A stretch of DNA of 64,000 nt from the NCBI GenBank assembly GCA_964596065.1, contig CAZQSM010000004.1:6566-70565 (forward strand), written 5' to 3'. The translations under genes and the position numbers were made by a program. Positions 44,738-54,416 of this stretch are shown one piece after another. Source of the stretch: an uncultured Chlorobiaceae bacterium (GTDB taxonomy: Bacteria > Bacteroidota > Ignavibacteria > UBA10030 > SZUA-254). Numbering within the stretch: position 1 is the stretch's first letter; each line of letters starts with the position of its first letter. Below the pieces are notes generated by a model, which searched no databases, was not told where the DNA came from, and saw only the letters and a list, made by a program, of their open reading frames with translations.

Positions 44738-46574
44738 AGAGTTTACGGTACAGTCCCGCCCCGTCGGCGATGAGCTCCGCGTGCGTGCCCTGCCCCACGA
44801 TCCGTCCGCCGTCGACCACGTAGATCCGGGAGGCGCGCTGGATGGTCGACAGCCGGTGGGCGATGACGACCGACGTCCTCCCCGCCATCAGCCTGTCGAT
44901 CGCCTCCTGCACGAGGATTTCCGACTCCGTGTCGAGGGCGGAGGTGGCCTCATCGAGGATCAGGATCGGCGGGTTCTTCAGGATGGCCCTCGCCAGCGCC
45001 AGGCGCTGACGTTCGCCCCCGGAGAGCTTGACCCCCCGTTCGCCGACGACCGTTTCGTACCCCTCCTTCGTGTTCGTGATGAAACCGTGGGCGTTGGCCG
45101 CCTTCGCGGCCGCCTCGATCCCCGCCAGGGAGCACTCCGTCAGCCCGTACGCGATGTTGTTCCGGATCGTGTCGTTGAACAGGATCGTTTCCTGCGTGAC
45201 GATCCCGATCTTTTCCCGGAGGCTCCGGAGGTCGAGATCGCGCAGGTCGGTGCCGTCGACGCGGACCGAGCCACCCGTGGGATCGTAGAACCGCGGGATC
45301 AGGTCGACGATGGTGGTCTTGCCGGCTCCGCTCGGCCCGACGAGCGCCACCAGCTCGCCCTTCCCGATGGTGAGCGAGACGTCCCTGAGCACGGGGTGCG
45401 ACCCGCCGTAGGAGAAGGAGACGCGGTCGAACTCGAGCGAGGCGTCGAAGCCGGCGAGGCGCCGCGCGCCGGGGGCGGAGGTGACGGTCGGCTTCACGTC
45501 GATGATTTCGAACACGCGCTTCGCGGCGGCGGTGGCCTCCTGGATCCTGTTGGCGACGTTGGTCAGCTCCTTGACCGGCGGCATGATCTGGAAGATGATG
45601 AAGAGGAAGCCGAGGAATTCGCTCGCGCTGAGGGTGCCCTCCCTGAGGACCTGGTTCCCGCCGTACCAGACGATGACCGATCCCGCGATCACGCTCAGGA
45701 ACTCGGTCGACGGGGAGGAGATGTCCTTGATCCTGTTGATCCGGAGGACCGACCGGAGGTAGGCCTTCGTGTGCCGGACGAATTTCGCCGTTTCGAACTC
45801 CTCCATCCCGAACGCCTTCACCACCTTCACCCCCGAGATCGTCTCCTGCAGCACCGTCGTGATGTCGGCCATCCGCTCCTGGACGACCCCCCGTTCCCGG
45901 TGCAGCGTGAGCGCGATCCAGGCGACGATCGCCAGCGTGAACGGGAAGACGACGAGCGAGATCAGCGTCAGCTTCCAGCTCAGCGAGAGCGCGAGCCCCA
46001 GGTAGACGGCGATCAGGAGCGGCTGGCGCATCATCGTCACGAAGAAGGCGCTGATGCCGCCGTTGAGCACCGACACGTCACTCACCACGCGGGAAATCAG
46101 GTCCCCCGTCCGTTCGTTGGTGAAAAATCCGAGCGGGAGGGAATGGAGGTGGCGGTAGAGGCTGTTCCGGAGGTCCCTGATGATCGACTCCTCCGAGTAG
46201 TTCATCAGGAAGAACTGCAGGTACCCGAAGATGTTCTTCAGGAGGAACGTCACGACAATGATCACCGAGATCCGCAGGAGCGCGTCCGTCTGCGAACCTG
46301 CCAGGATCGATCCGATCGCGTCCTCCTTGAGCGCCGTGAACCATGTGCCGAGCCCCTGGGCGACCTCCCCCATGCCGTCTCCGGCGGCGCCTCGCATTTT
46401 CTCCGGGTGGAAGAGGATGTCGAGCAGGGGGATGAAGAGGTAGATGGAGGCGCCGCTCAGGAGCGAGTAAAAGACCGTCAGGACGACCGAGGCGGAGATG
46501 TGTTTCCAGTAGGGTCTCGTGAGCCCGAGGATCCTGCGGAAGATCGAGAGGGATTCCGAAAGTTCATTCCGCAT
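44715..46574 (-). CDS. msbA: ABC transporter permease/ATPase, lipid A/LPS exporter MsbA-like
   Basis: Six-TM N-terminal domain plus NBD. Walker A GPSGAGKTT, signature LSGGERQR, Walker B ILILDEATSALD. 619 aa. Confidence 0.8.
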   Translation of the reverse strand: MRNELSESLSIFRRILGLTRPYWKHISASVVLTVFYSLLSGASIYLFIPLLDILFHPEKMRGAAGDGMGEVAQGLGTWFTALKEDAIGSILAGSQTDALLRISVIIVVTFLLKNIFGYLQFFLMNYSEESIIRDLRNSLYRHLHSLPLGFFTNERTGDLISRVVSDVSVLNGGISAFFVTMMRQPLLIAVYLGLALSLSWKLTLISLVVFPFTLAIVAWIALTLHRERGVVQERMADITTVLQETISGVKVVKAFGMEEFETAKFVRHTKAYLRSVLRINRIKDISSPSTEFLSVIAGSVIVWYGGNQVLREGTLSASEFLGFLFIIFQIMPPVKELTNVANRIQEATAAAKRVFEIIDVKPTVTSAPGARRLAGFDASLEFDRVSFSYGGSHPVLRDVSLTIGKGELVALVGPSGAGKTTIVDLIPRFYDPTGGSVRVDGTDLRDLDLRSLREKIGIVTQETILFNDTIRNNIAYGLTECSLAGIEAAAKAANAHGFITNTKEGYETVVGERGVKLSGGERQRLALARAILKNPPILILDEATSALDTESEILVQEAIDRLMAGRTSVVIAHRLSTIQRASRIYVVDGGRIVGQGTHAELIADGAGLYRKLYDLQFRA

Positions 46575-47427
46575 GGGGCGCCGTCGACGATTGGACCAGT
46601 CCGTTCCTGCAGGTCATTTCACGCGTCGCGACGACCCGCTCGAAGATCCTCCGGTTTGCCTCCCCCACCGCCGTCTTCGGGTGATGGAGGTGGAACAGGA
46701 CCGCCAGGTTCCGGAGGGACACCAGCCTCGCCCCGGCCAGGCCGAGCCGGTAGGCCACGTCGGAGTCCTCCCCGAGCCCCGGGGCCCGGTACTCCTCGTT
46801 GAATCCGTTGATGCGCTCCAGCCACTCGCGGCGGAGGGAGAAATTGCACCCCAGCATGGCCGGCGTCCCCCCGTGGAGCAGTTTTCTGATCATCGCGTTC
46901 TCGGTCCGGATGCCGTCCTCGATCCAGGTGCTCCTGCCCCTCAACCCGTCGGCGAGCAGCGCCGGCGTGATCTTCTCGAAGCGGCCTTCGCGCACCGAGT
47001 CCGCGTCGACTGCCGCCGAGAGTTCCCGCCCGAGGTTCACCCTCCGCCCGCAGAGGACCGCCTCCGGGCGCGCGTGCCGGTGGTGGTCTTCGAGGAACTT
47101 CCGGTGGGGAAGGCAGTCGCCGTCGATGAACACGAGGTATTCCGACCCTGCCGAGGCGACGGCCCTGTTGAGGATGGCGTTCTTCCTGAAGCCTCGGTCT
47201 TCGTGCCAGACGCGGGAGACCCGGTAGCGCGAGGCCCCGCTCCGCCGCTCCACCGCCTCCGCGACCCCGGGACCGGAGCCGTCGTCGGCGATCACCACCT
47301 CGAAGTCGTCGAACGTCTGACGGTCAAGTGCGTGGAAGATCAGCTCCAGTTCCCGCACGGCGTTGTACACCGCGATCACGAGCGTCAGGGCGGGTCCGCG
47401 CGCCCGCGCGCCGGCATGCCCGCTCAC
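46564..47427 (-). CDS. family 2 glycosyltransferase
   Basis: LTLVIAVYN, ADDGSGPG, FIDGDCLP (DxD). Confidence 0.7.
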   Translation of the reverse strand: MSGHAGARARGPALTLVIAVYNAVRELELIFHALDRQTFDDFEVVIADDGSGPGVAEAVERRSGASRYRVSRVWHEDRGFRKNAILNRAVASAGSEYLVFIDGDCLPHRKFLEDHHRHARPEAVLCGRRVNLGRELSAAVDADSVREGRFEKITPALLADGLRGRSTWIEDGIRTENAMIRKLLHGGTPAMLGCNFSLRREWLERINGFNEEYRAPGLGEDSDVAYRLGLAGARLVSLRNLAVLFHLHHPKTAVGEANRRIFERVVATREMTCRNGLVQSSTAPHAE

Positions 47428-48245
47428 GGGGCGTACCGCCGTTTCATCGTCCTGATCGCGTCCATGTCGATCGGGGGCCGTTCAGCGCCGGCCGGCGCTG
47501 TCGCGTATTCCCGGAGCTTGGCGTAGAGCGCGAGCGCGTAGATCGAATCGAGGACCGCCAGCAGGAACCCCTGGAGGCCGTCCCGGTATCCGCGGCGCGT
47601 CACGTAGTTCCTCACGAAGTGCGAGACGGGGCTGAAGAGGATCTTCGCGAACCCGGGGACGAATCCGGGCTTCGACCGGAGCAGGTTGGCCACCTGGAGC
47701 GACGTGTACTCGTTCATCTTCCGCAGGTAGTGCGATATGGAGTCGTAGGAATAGTGATACAGGGGGTTGCCGAGGAGCCCGGCGGGCCCCCTCACGGCGT
47801 ACCCGCCGTGGACCGCCGCGTCCTCCACCACGACGCGTTCCTTCCGGAAGAGGCGCATCGCGTGCCCCGGGTACCAGCCGCCGTTCCGGATCCACTTCCC
47901 CTGGAAACTCACCAGCCGCGCGACCAGGTATCCCTCTTCCGGTCCGCCGCGACTGATGGCGGCCCGGATTTCGTCCGCGAGCGGCGGCGGGACCTCTTCG
48001 TCGGCGTCGAGGACCAGGAGCCACTCACCCGTCGACCGATCGAACCCGCGCGAACGCTGCCGGAGGTCGGAATCATACTCGTGGGCGATCACCGTCGCGC
48101 CCAGCTCCCGGGCGATCTCCGTCGTGCGGTCCGTGCTGAACGAGTCGATGACGATGACCTCATCGGCCCAGCCGACGCTCCCGAGGCAGCGGCGGATGTT
48201 CCGCTCCTCGTTGAACGTGAGCACGATGACGCTGAGGCGCGACAT
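47424..48245 (-). CDS. family 2 glycosyltransferase (KdtX/WaaE-like, paralog of 42735..43508)
   Basis: LSVIVLTFNEERNI, VIDSFSTDRT, LDADEE. High similarity to the GT2 at 42735-43508. Confidence 0.7.
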   Translation of the reverse strand: MSRLSVIVLTFNEERNIRRCLGSVGWADEVIVIDSFSTDRTTEIARELGATVIAHEYDSDLRQRSRGFDRSTGEWLLVLDADEEVPPPLADEIRAAISRGGPEEGYLVARLVSFQGKWIRNGGWYPGHAMRLFRKERVVVEDAAVHGGYAVRGPAGLLGNPLYHYSYDSISHYLRKMNEYTSLQVANLLRSKPGFVPGFAKILFSPVSHFVRNYVTRRGYRDGLQGFLLAVLDSIYALALYAKLREYATAPAGAERPPIDMDAIRTMKRRYAP

Positions 48246-48248
48246 CGG

Positions 48249-50768
48249 TCATTTCACGACGATGCTGACGAGCCGGTTCTTCACGACCACCACGCGGACG
48301 ATCTCCTTCCCTTCGAGCCAGGGCCGGACGCCGGCCTCGGCGAGGGCCCTCTCCCGGACCCCCTCCTCGGGGCTGTCCGGCGGGACGTTGAATTTCGAAC
48401 GGACCTTGCCGTTGACCTGCACCACCAGCTCGACGCTTTCCTCCCGCGTCTTGTCCGGGTCGAACACCGGCCAGGCGGCGTAGGCGAGGGAGGAACGGTG
48501 CCCGAGCAGTTCCCACAGCTCCTCGGCGATATGGGGGGCGAACGGCGAGAGGAGCAGGACGAAGGCCTCCATGGCGTGCCTCGGCCGCTCGTCGGAGTTC
48601 AGGAATTCGTTCACGAAGATCATCAGCTGGGAGATCGCCGTGTTGAAGGCGAGCGACTCGACGTCCTCGGTCACCTTGCGGATCGTCTGGTGCAGGAGCC
48701 GCTCCCGCTCCGGGGTGCAGACCCCCTCCTTCACCGCCGGGTGGAGTTTCCCGTCCGGCCCGACGAGCATCCGCCACGACCGGTTCAGGAAACGGTGGAC
48801 CCCCTCGACGCCCCGGCTCGACCAGGGCTTCGTGTCGACGAGCGGCCCCATGAACATCTCGAAGAGCCGCATCGAATCGGCGCCGTACTTCGCCACGATG
48901 TCGTCGGGGTTGACCACGTTCCCTCGCGACTTCGACATCTTCTGCCCGTCCTCGCCGAGGATCGTCCCCTGGTTGACGAGCTTCGCGAACGGTTCGGGGG
49001 TCGAGACGTGGCCGAGGTCGAATAGGACCTTGTGCCAGAACCGCGCGTAGAGCAGGTGGAGGACGGCGTGCTCCGCCCCGCCGACGTAGAGGTCCACCGG
49101 CATCCAGTAGCGTTCCTTCTCGCGTGAGACGAACTCCGCGTCGTTGTGCGGGTCGATGTAGCGAAGGTAGTACCAGCACGACCCGGCCCACTGCGGCATC
49201 GTGTGCGTCTCGCGGCGCAGCCGCCCGTGCACGGGATGGTCGATGGTGAGCCAGTCGCCGGCGTTCGCCAGGGCGGACTCGCCCGACCCCGTCGGCTGGA
49301 ACGATTCGATCTCGGGGAGTTCCACCGGGAGGTCGGCGTCGTCGAGGGCGACCACGCCGCCGTCCTCGCGGTAGGCGAGCGGGAAGGGTTCGCCCCAGTA
49401 GCGCTGCCGCGAAAAGAGCCAGTCGCGGAGCTTGTACCGGACGGCGGCCCTCCCGATCCCGCGCGACACGACCCACGCCGTGATCCGCGTGATCGCCTCC
49501 GCCGTGGGGAGCCCGTCGATCGAGACGTCGGGCCCGCTTGAATTCACCGCGGTCCCCTCGCCGGTGAACGCCCCGCCGGACGGTCCGCCGCCCGACACCA
49601 CTTCGAGGATCGGGAGGCCGAACTGGCGGGCGAACTCGTGGTCGCGCTCGTCGTGGCCCGGGACGGCCATGATCGCCCCGGTGCCGTAACCGGGCAGCAC
49701 GTAATCCGCGATCCAGACCGGGATCGTCCCGCCCGTCGCGGGGTTGACGGCGTGGCCGCCGGTGAAGACGCCGCTCTTCGTTTTTTCGAGCGCGCTCCGT
49801 TCCATGTCGCTTTTCTTCGACGTCGCCGCGACGTAGGCGGCGACCGCCTCCGCCTGCGCGGCCGTCGTGACCGCGCCGACCATCGGGTGCTCCGGGGCGA
49901 GGACGAGGTAGGTCGCCCCGAAGAGCGTGTCGGGCCGGGTGGTGAACACCCTGACGGTCCCGCCGCCGTCCACCAGCAGGAAATCGATCTCCGCGCCCTC
50001 CGACCGACCGATCCAGTGCCGCTGCATCTCGAGGATCCCGGGGGGCCAGTCGAGCAGGCGGAGGTCGTCCGAGAGGCGCTCGGCGTACTTCGTGATCCTG
50101 AGCATCCACTGGCGCATCAGGCGCCGTTCGACCGTGTATCCCTTGCCGGTCCACTCCTCGACCTCCTCGTTCGCGAGGACCGTGCCGAGGGCCTGGCACC
50201 AGTTGACCGGCATGTCGCCGAGGTACGCCAGGCGCCGCCCGGCCCTGTACCGTTCCGCCTCCCCGGCATCGAGGCCCCCGGGGATCGGCAACTGGTCGAT
50301 CGGCCGCGCCCTGCCCTCCGCCTCGTCGAACCACGAATGGTACAGACGGAGGAAGATCCACTGCGTCCACCGGTAGTATTTCGGGTCGGTGGTGTCCACC
50401 TCGCGGGACCAGTCGTAGGAGAGCCCGAGCATCCTGATCTGCCGGCGGAACGTGGCCACGTTTTCCGCCGTCGTGATCCTGGGATGAATCCCGGTCTGCA
50501 TCGCGTACCGTTCGGCGGGGAGACCGAACGCGTCCCACCCCATCGGGTGGAGCACGTTGTACCCCCGCATCCGTTTATAACGGGTGTAGATGTCCGTCGC
50601 CGTATAGCCTTCGGGATGTCCGACGTGGAGGCCCGACCCGGACGGGTACGGGTACATATCGAGGACGTAGAGCTTCGGTTTCGACGGGTCCTCGGTGGCC
50701 GCGAAGGTGGAGTGTTCCTCCCAGTGGCGCTGCCACTTCGTCTCTATGCGCTGGAATTCGTACTGCAT
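48249..50768 (-). CDS. leuS: leucine--tRNA ligase
   Basis: HIGH motif (PYPSGSGLHVGHPEGY), KMSKS motif (QKMSKSRGN), CP1 editing domain. 839 aa. Confidence 0.9.
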   Translation of the reverse strand: MQYEFQRIETKWQRHWEEHSTFAATEDPSKPKLYVLDMYPYPSGSGLHVGHPEGYTATDIYTRYKRMRGYNVLHPMGWDAFGLPAERYAMQTGIHPRITTAENVATFRRQIRMLGLSYDWSREVDTTDPKYYRWTQWIFLRLYHSWFDEAEGRARPIDQLPIPGGLDAGEAERYRAGRRLAYLGDMPVNWCQALGTVLANEEVEEWTGKGYTVERRLMRQWMLRITKYAERLSDDLRLLDWPPGILEMQRHWIGRSEGAEIDFLLVDGGGTVRVFTTRPDTLFGATYLVLAPEHPMVGAVTTAAQAEAVAAYVAATSKKSDMERSALEKTKSGVFTGGHAVNPATGGTIPVWIADYVLPGYGTGAIMAVPGHDERDHEFARQFGLPILEVVSGGGPSGGAFTGEGTAVNSSGPDVSIDGLPTAEAITRITAWVVSRGIGRAAVRYKLRDWLFSRQRYWGEPFPLAYREDGGVVALDDADLPVELPEIESFQPTGSGESALANAGDWLTIDHPVHGRLRRETHTMPQWAGSCWYYLRYIDPHNDAEFVSREKERYWMPVDLYVGGAEHAVLHLLYARFWHKVLFDLGHVSTPEPFAKLVNQGTILGEDGQKMSKSRGNVVNPDDIVAKYGADSMRLFEMFMGPLVDTKPWSSRGVEGVHRFLNRSWRMLVGPDGKLHPAVKEGVCTPERERLLHQTIRKVTEDVESLAFNTAISQLMIFVNEFLNSDERPRHAMEAFVLLLSPFAPHIAEELWELLGHRSSLAYAAWPVFDPDKTREESVELVVQVNGKVRSKFNVPPDSPEEGVRERALAEAGVRPWLEGKEIVRVVVVKNRLVSIVVK

Positions 50769-50858
50769 GATCCTGGTGCGTGGACGAGGCGATGATGGTG
50801 GAAATGTTGAAAATAACGATTTCCGGCAGGAGAATCAAAAATACCCCGCCGGCAGGGG

Positions 50859-50890
50859 TAAAAAAAAAGGTTCCCGGTCGCCCGGAAACC
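50859..50890 (-). terminator. intrinsic terminator after rplQ
   Basis: Minus strand: ggtttccgggcgaccgggaacc hairpin followed by ttttttttt, about 30 nt after the rplQ stop. Confidence 0.45.
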
Positions 50891-50919
50891 TCGTCTCACG
50901 CTGACGCTCTCAACGTCCG

Positions 50920-51468
50920 TCAGGACGCGTTTGCTTCCGCGGCCTTCGCCTTCGAAGCGGCGGCGTCCTTCTTTCCGGCCGTTTTTTTCGGGGCCTTCTT
51001 CTCTTTCGCCTCTCCCTTGACCTTCGCGCCGCCTTCGGCGCCGGCGTTCTTTTCCGTCTTCGCCGGCTTGTCCGCCTTCACGACGCCCTGGAAGTCCACC
51101 AGTTCGAGGAGCGCCACCTCGGCGCCGTCGCCCTTCCGCCGCCCGAGCTTGACGATGCGGGTGTAGCCTCCGGGACGGGACGCTGTCTTCGACGCGATCT
51201 CGGTGAACAGCTCCCTCACCGCGTCCTTGTCCTTGATGGTCCTGGCGACCATCCGGCGTGCGTGGACGTTCTTCGCCTTGTCCCCGTCGCCGTGCACGCT
51301 GCGGGCCCGGGTGATCATCTTCTCGACGAACATCCTCGTCTCCTTCGCCTTCGTGACGGTGGTCTTGATTTTCTTGTGCTTGAACAGCGCGCTGCAGAGG
51401 GCCGCCAGCAGCGCCTTCCTGTGGCTTGCGGTGACTCCGAGCTTGCGATGCGATTTTCTGTGTCTCAT
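50920..51468 (-). CDS. rplQ: 50S ribosomal protein L17 with Lys/Ala-rich C-terminal extension
   Basis: MRHRKSHRKLGVTASHRKALL... conserved L17 core (~120 aa) plus a ~60-aa KA-rich tail. Confidence 0.85.
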   Translation of the reverse strand: MRHRKSHRKLGVTASHRKALLAALCSALFKHKKIKTTVTKAKETRMFVEKMITRARSVHGDGDKAKNVHARRMVARTIKDKDAVRELFTEIASKTASRPGGYTRIVKLGRRKGDGAEVALLELVDFQGVVKADKPAKTEKNAGAEGGAKVKGEAKEKKAPKKTAGKKDAAASKAKAAEANAS

Positions 51469-51487
51469 GGGTATGCCGGTTATTCAG

Positions 51488-52477
51488 TTATTCGCCGCTG
51501 GTGGTGAGGTACTTCTCGACGTCCATGCCGAACGTGAGTCCGAACTGGTCGATGATCTCTGAGAGTTCGGCGAGCGATTTCCTCCCGAAGTTCCTGAATT
51601 TCAGGAGCTCAGGTTCGTCCCTGCGGACCAGGTCCGCGATGGTCTTGATGCTGGCGGCGCGGAGGCAGTTGTGCGACCGGACGGACAGCTCCAGCTCGTC
51701 GACGCTCATTTCGAGGATCTTCCGGATGCGGGAGACCTCGGAGTCCTTCTCGGCCCCCTCCTCGCCGGCGTCCACTTCCACGTCGAAGCTCAGGAAGAGC
51801 TGGATGTGGTCCCGGAGGATGTTCGCGGCCTGCGCGATGGCGTCGTCGGGCGCGACCGAGCCGTCGGTCTCCACCTCGAGCACGAGTTTCTCGTAGTCGG
51901 TCTGCTGTCCCACGCGGGTGGTCTCGACGGCGTAGCGCACGTTGCGGATCGGCGTGAAGATGGAGTCCATCGCGATCAGGTTGACCGACGTCTCGAGCTG
52001 CTTGTTTTCTTCCGCGGGAACGTATCCCTTCCCCCGCCCGATCCGGAGTTCCATCTCGAAATCGGTGTCCCCGTTCAGCGTGGCGATGTGCTGCTCGGGG
52101 TTGAGGATCTCGAGCTCCGGGTTCGCCTTCTGGATGTCCCCCGCGGTGAATTCACGCCGGCCGTTGAGCCGGACCACGATCTTGTTCAGCTTCTTGTTGA
52201 TCAGCTTGATCCGGACGGCCTTCAGGTTGAGGATCACCTCGGCGACGTCCTCGACCACGCCCTTGATCGTCGAGAATTCGTGGAGCACGTTGTCGATCCT
52301 CACCCCCGTGAAGGCGGTTCCGGGGAGCGACGAGAGCAGCACGCGCCGGAAGGCGTTGCCGATCGTGACCCCGAATCCCTTCTCCAGCGGCTGGAGGATG
52401 AACCTGCCGAAGGTGTTCGTGTAACTCGCTTCATCGAGCTGAACTTTTTCCGGCATCTGAAAATTGATTCCCACCAT
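51488..52477 (-). CDS. rpoA: DNA-directed RNA polymerase subunit alpha
   Basis: N-terminal and C-terminal RpoA domains (GNAFRRVLLSS...; ELSVRSHNCLRAASIKTIADL). Confidence 0.9.
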   Translation of the reverse strand: MVGINFQMPEKVQLDEASYTNTFGRFILQPLEKGFGVTIGNAFRRVLLSSLPGTAFTGVRIDNVLHEFSTIKGVVEDVAEVILNLKAVRIKLINKKLNKIVVRLNGRREFTAGDIQKANPELEILNPEQHIATLNGDTDFEMELRIGRGKGYVPAEENKQLETSVNLIAMDSIFTPIRNVRYAVETTRVGQQTDYEKLVLEVETDGSVAPDDAIAQAANILRDHIQLFLSFDVEVDAGEEGAEKDSEVSRIRKILEMSVDELELSVRSHNCLRAASIKTIADLVRRDEPELLKFRNFGRKSLAELSEIIDQFGLTFGMDVEKYLTTSGE

Positions 52478-52525
52478 AGTTTCCTACTCCCAGGTTACGT
52501 TTCGAAAATGCGGTTCGTCGGGACT

Positions 52526-53155
52526 TTACTTCGAATAGAGTTCGACGATGAGCTGCTCGTTCGCGTTGAGCGGCACGTCCACCCGCTCGGGCATCGTCAG
52601 GAACGTTCCGGTCATCGACGCCTTGTCGAGGCTGAGCCAGGGCAGCATCGCGCTGTCCTTCACGCGTTTCATCGAGGCGTGGATGAGGTCGAGCTTCCTG
52701 CTCTTCTCCCTGATCTGGATGACGTCCCCCGCCTTCAGCTGGAACGACGGGATGGTGACGGGGTGGTTGTTGACCAGGATGTGGCCGTGGGCGACGAGCT
52801 GCCGGCCGGCCTTGCGCGACGGGGCGAAGCCGAGGCGGTAGACGGTGTTGTCGAGCCGCCGTTCGAGCATCCGGATCAGTGTCTCGCCCGTCCGGCCCGA
52901 CTGGCTCAGGGCCTTCTCGAAGTAGTTCCTGAACTGCTTTTCAAGCAGCCCGTAGGAACGGCGCACCTTCTGCTTCTCGCGGAGCTGGACGCCGTATTCC
53001 GAGATCTTCTGGCGCCGGCTCTGCCCGTGCTGTCCGGGGGGATATCCCCTCCGTTCGACGGGGCATTTCTCCGTGAAGCACTTCGTGCCCTTCAGGAATA
53101 ATTTCTGCCGTTCTCGCCGGCACTGTCTGCAACTCGGATCGATGTATCGTCCCAT
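52526..53155 (-). CDS. rpsD: 30S ribosomal protein S4
   Basis: N-terminal CRQCRRE..C..KC zinc finger. S4 domain. Confidence 0.9.
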   Translation of the reverse strand: MGRYIDPSCRQCRRERQKLFLKGTKCFTEKCPVERRGYPPGQHGQSRRQKISEYGVQLREKQKVRRSYGLLEKQFRNYFEKALSQSGRTGETLIRMLERRLDNTVYRLGFAPSRKAGRQLVAHGHILVNNHPVTIPSFQLKAGDVIQIREKSRKLDLIHASMKRVKDSAMLPWLSLDKASMTGTFLTMPERVDVPLNANEQLIVELYSK

Positions 53156-53188
53156 ACTGTCCTTTGGTTCGTAGAATGCGTTGCTGGT

Positions 53189-53602
53189 TCAGACTCTGCG
53201 TTTCTTCGGCGGTCTGCAGCCGTTGTGCGGGATCGGCGTGATGTCCCTGATGCTCAGGATCTCGATCCCGACGGACTGCAGCGAGCGGATGCCCGCTTCC
53301 CTTCCCGATCCGGGACCCTTGACGAACACGTCCACCTTGCGGAGGCCGAGGTCGTGGGCTTCCTTGCCGGCCGCCTGCGCGGTCACCTGCGAGGCGAAGG
53401 GCGTGTTCTTCCTCGAGCCCTTGAAGCCGTTGCGCCCCGCCGACGACCAGCTGATGACGTTTCCGTAGACGTCGGTGATGGTGATGACGACGTTGTTGAA
53501 CGTCGCCTTGATGAACACCTTGCCGGTGACGTCCACCTGGATTTTTTTCTTCTTCCGCGCGCCCGCCGCTGCGGAACCCGCCCCTGCTGCTGCTTTGGCC
53601 AT
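53189..53602 (-). CDS. rpsK: 30S ribosomal protein S11
   Basis: Conserved S11 core after a basic N-terminal tail. Confidence 0.9.
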   Translation of the reverse strand: MAKAAAGAGSAAAGARKKKKIQVDVTGKVFIKATFNNVVITITDVYGNVISWSSAGRNGFKGSRKNTPFASQVTAQAAGKEAHDLGLRKVDVFVKGPGSGREAGIRSLQSVGIEILSIRDITPIPHNGCRPPKKRRV

Positions 53603-53638
53603 TGACTGTCCTTGTGTGTGTGGTATCTGCCCTGCCGG

Positions 53639-54022
53639 TTACTTCTTGGCTGCCGCCTTCTTCTTGCCGGCGACGGTCTTGCGCTTGCCCTTCCTGGTCC
53701 GGGAGTTCGTCCTGGTCCGCTGCCCGCGCACGGGGAGCCCCTTCCGGTGGCGGAGGCCCCTGTACGAATTGATGTCCATCAGGCGCTTGATGTTGATCTG
53801 CGTCTCGCTGCGCAGGGCGCCCTCGACCTTGTAATCCGAGGTGATGATGGCGCGGATGCGCGCCACCTCCTCGTCGTTGAGTTCCGAGATGCGCTTGTGG
53901 GGATCCACCCGCGCTTCCGTGAGGATGTGCGCCGCGCTGGTCCTCCCGATCCCGAAGATGTAGGTCAGGCCGACGACGGCGCGCTTTCCCTTTGGTAAAT
54001 CGATGCCAGCTATTCGTGCCAC
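53639..54022 (-). CDS. rpsM: 30S ribosomal protein S13
   Basis: [10 protein letters not shown]... S13 signature. Confidence 0.9.
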   Translation of the reverse strand: MARIAGIDLPKGKRAVVGLTYIFGIGRTSAAHILTEARVDPHKRISELNDEEVARIRAIITSDYKVEGALRSETQINIKRLMDINSYRGLRHRKGLPVRGQRTRTNSRTRKGKRKTVAGKKKAAAKK

Positions 54023-54067
54023 TCCTGGTGTTCCTTTCTGCTTGGGTCTGAAATGGTGGTGGTCTGA

Positions 54068-54181
54068 TCAACCCTGGCGCTGCTTGTGCTTCGGGTTCTT
54101 GCAGATCACCCTCACCACGCCGTTGCGGCGGATGATCTTGCAGTTGTCGCATAATTTTTTTATCGACGAGCGGACCTTCAT
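54068..54181 (-). CDS. rpmJ: 50S ribosomal protein L36 (zinc-ribbon form)
   Basis: Not in the ORF track (37 aa). rc translates to [37 protein letters not shown]. Confidence 0.8.
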   Translation of the reverse strand: MKVRSSIKKLCDNCKIIRRNGVVRVICKNPKHKQRQG

Positions 54182-54190
54182 GACGTCTCC

Positions 54191-54409
54191 TTACTTGTAC
54201 CGGTACGTGATTCTTCCCTTCGTGAGGTCGTAGGGCGACATTTCGATCGTGACCTTGTCCCCGACCAGGATCTTGATGTAGTGCATCCGCATCTTCCCCG
54301 AGATGATCGCGAGGATTTCGTGGCCGTTGTCGAGCTTCACCCGGAACATCGCGTTGGGCAGGGTGTCGGTGATGACACCGTCCATCGTTATCGGGCCCTG
54401 TTTCGCCAT
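54191..54409 (-). CDS. infA: translation initiation factor IF-1
   Basis: S1-like fold; [32 protein letters not shown] matches IF-1. Confidence 0.9.
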   Translation of the reverse strand: MAKQGPITMDGVITDTLPNAMFRVKLDNGHEILAIISGKMRMHYIKILVGDKVTIEMSPYDLTKGRITYRYK

Positions 54410-54416
54410 CGTCCCG

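Noticed and set aside
44580-46802. 740-aa plus-strand ORF antisense to msbA
   Set aside because: Walker A/B and the ABC signature are on the minus strand; the plus translation is RD/RE-rich low complexity.
47328-50538. 565-aa plus-strand and 792-aa minus-strand ORFs overlapping the GT2 and leuS genes
   Set aside because: LeuS HIGH/KMSKS motifs and the GT2 DxD motifs define the real frames; the alternatives are Arg/Pro-rich artefacts.
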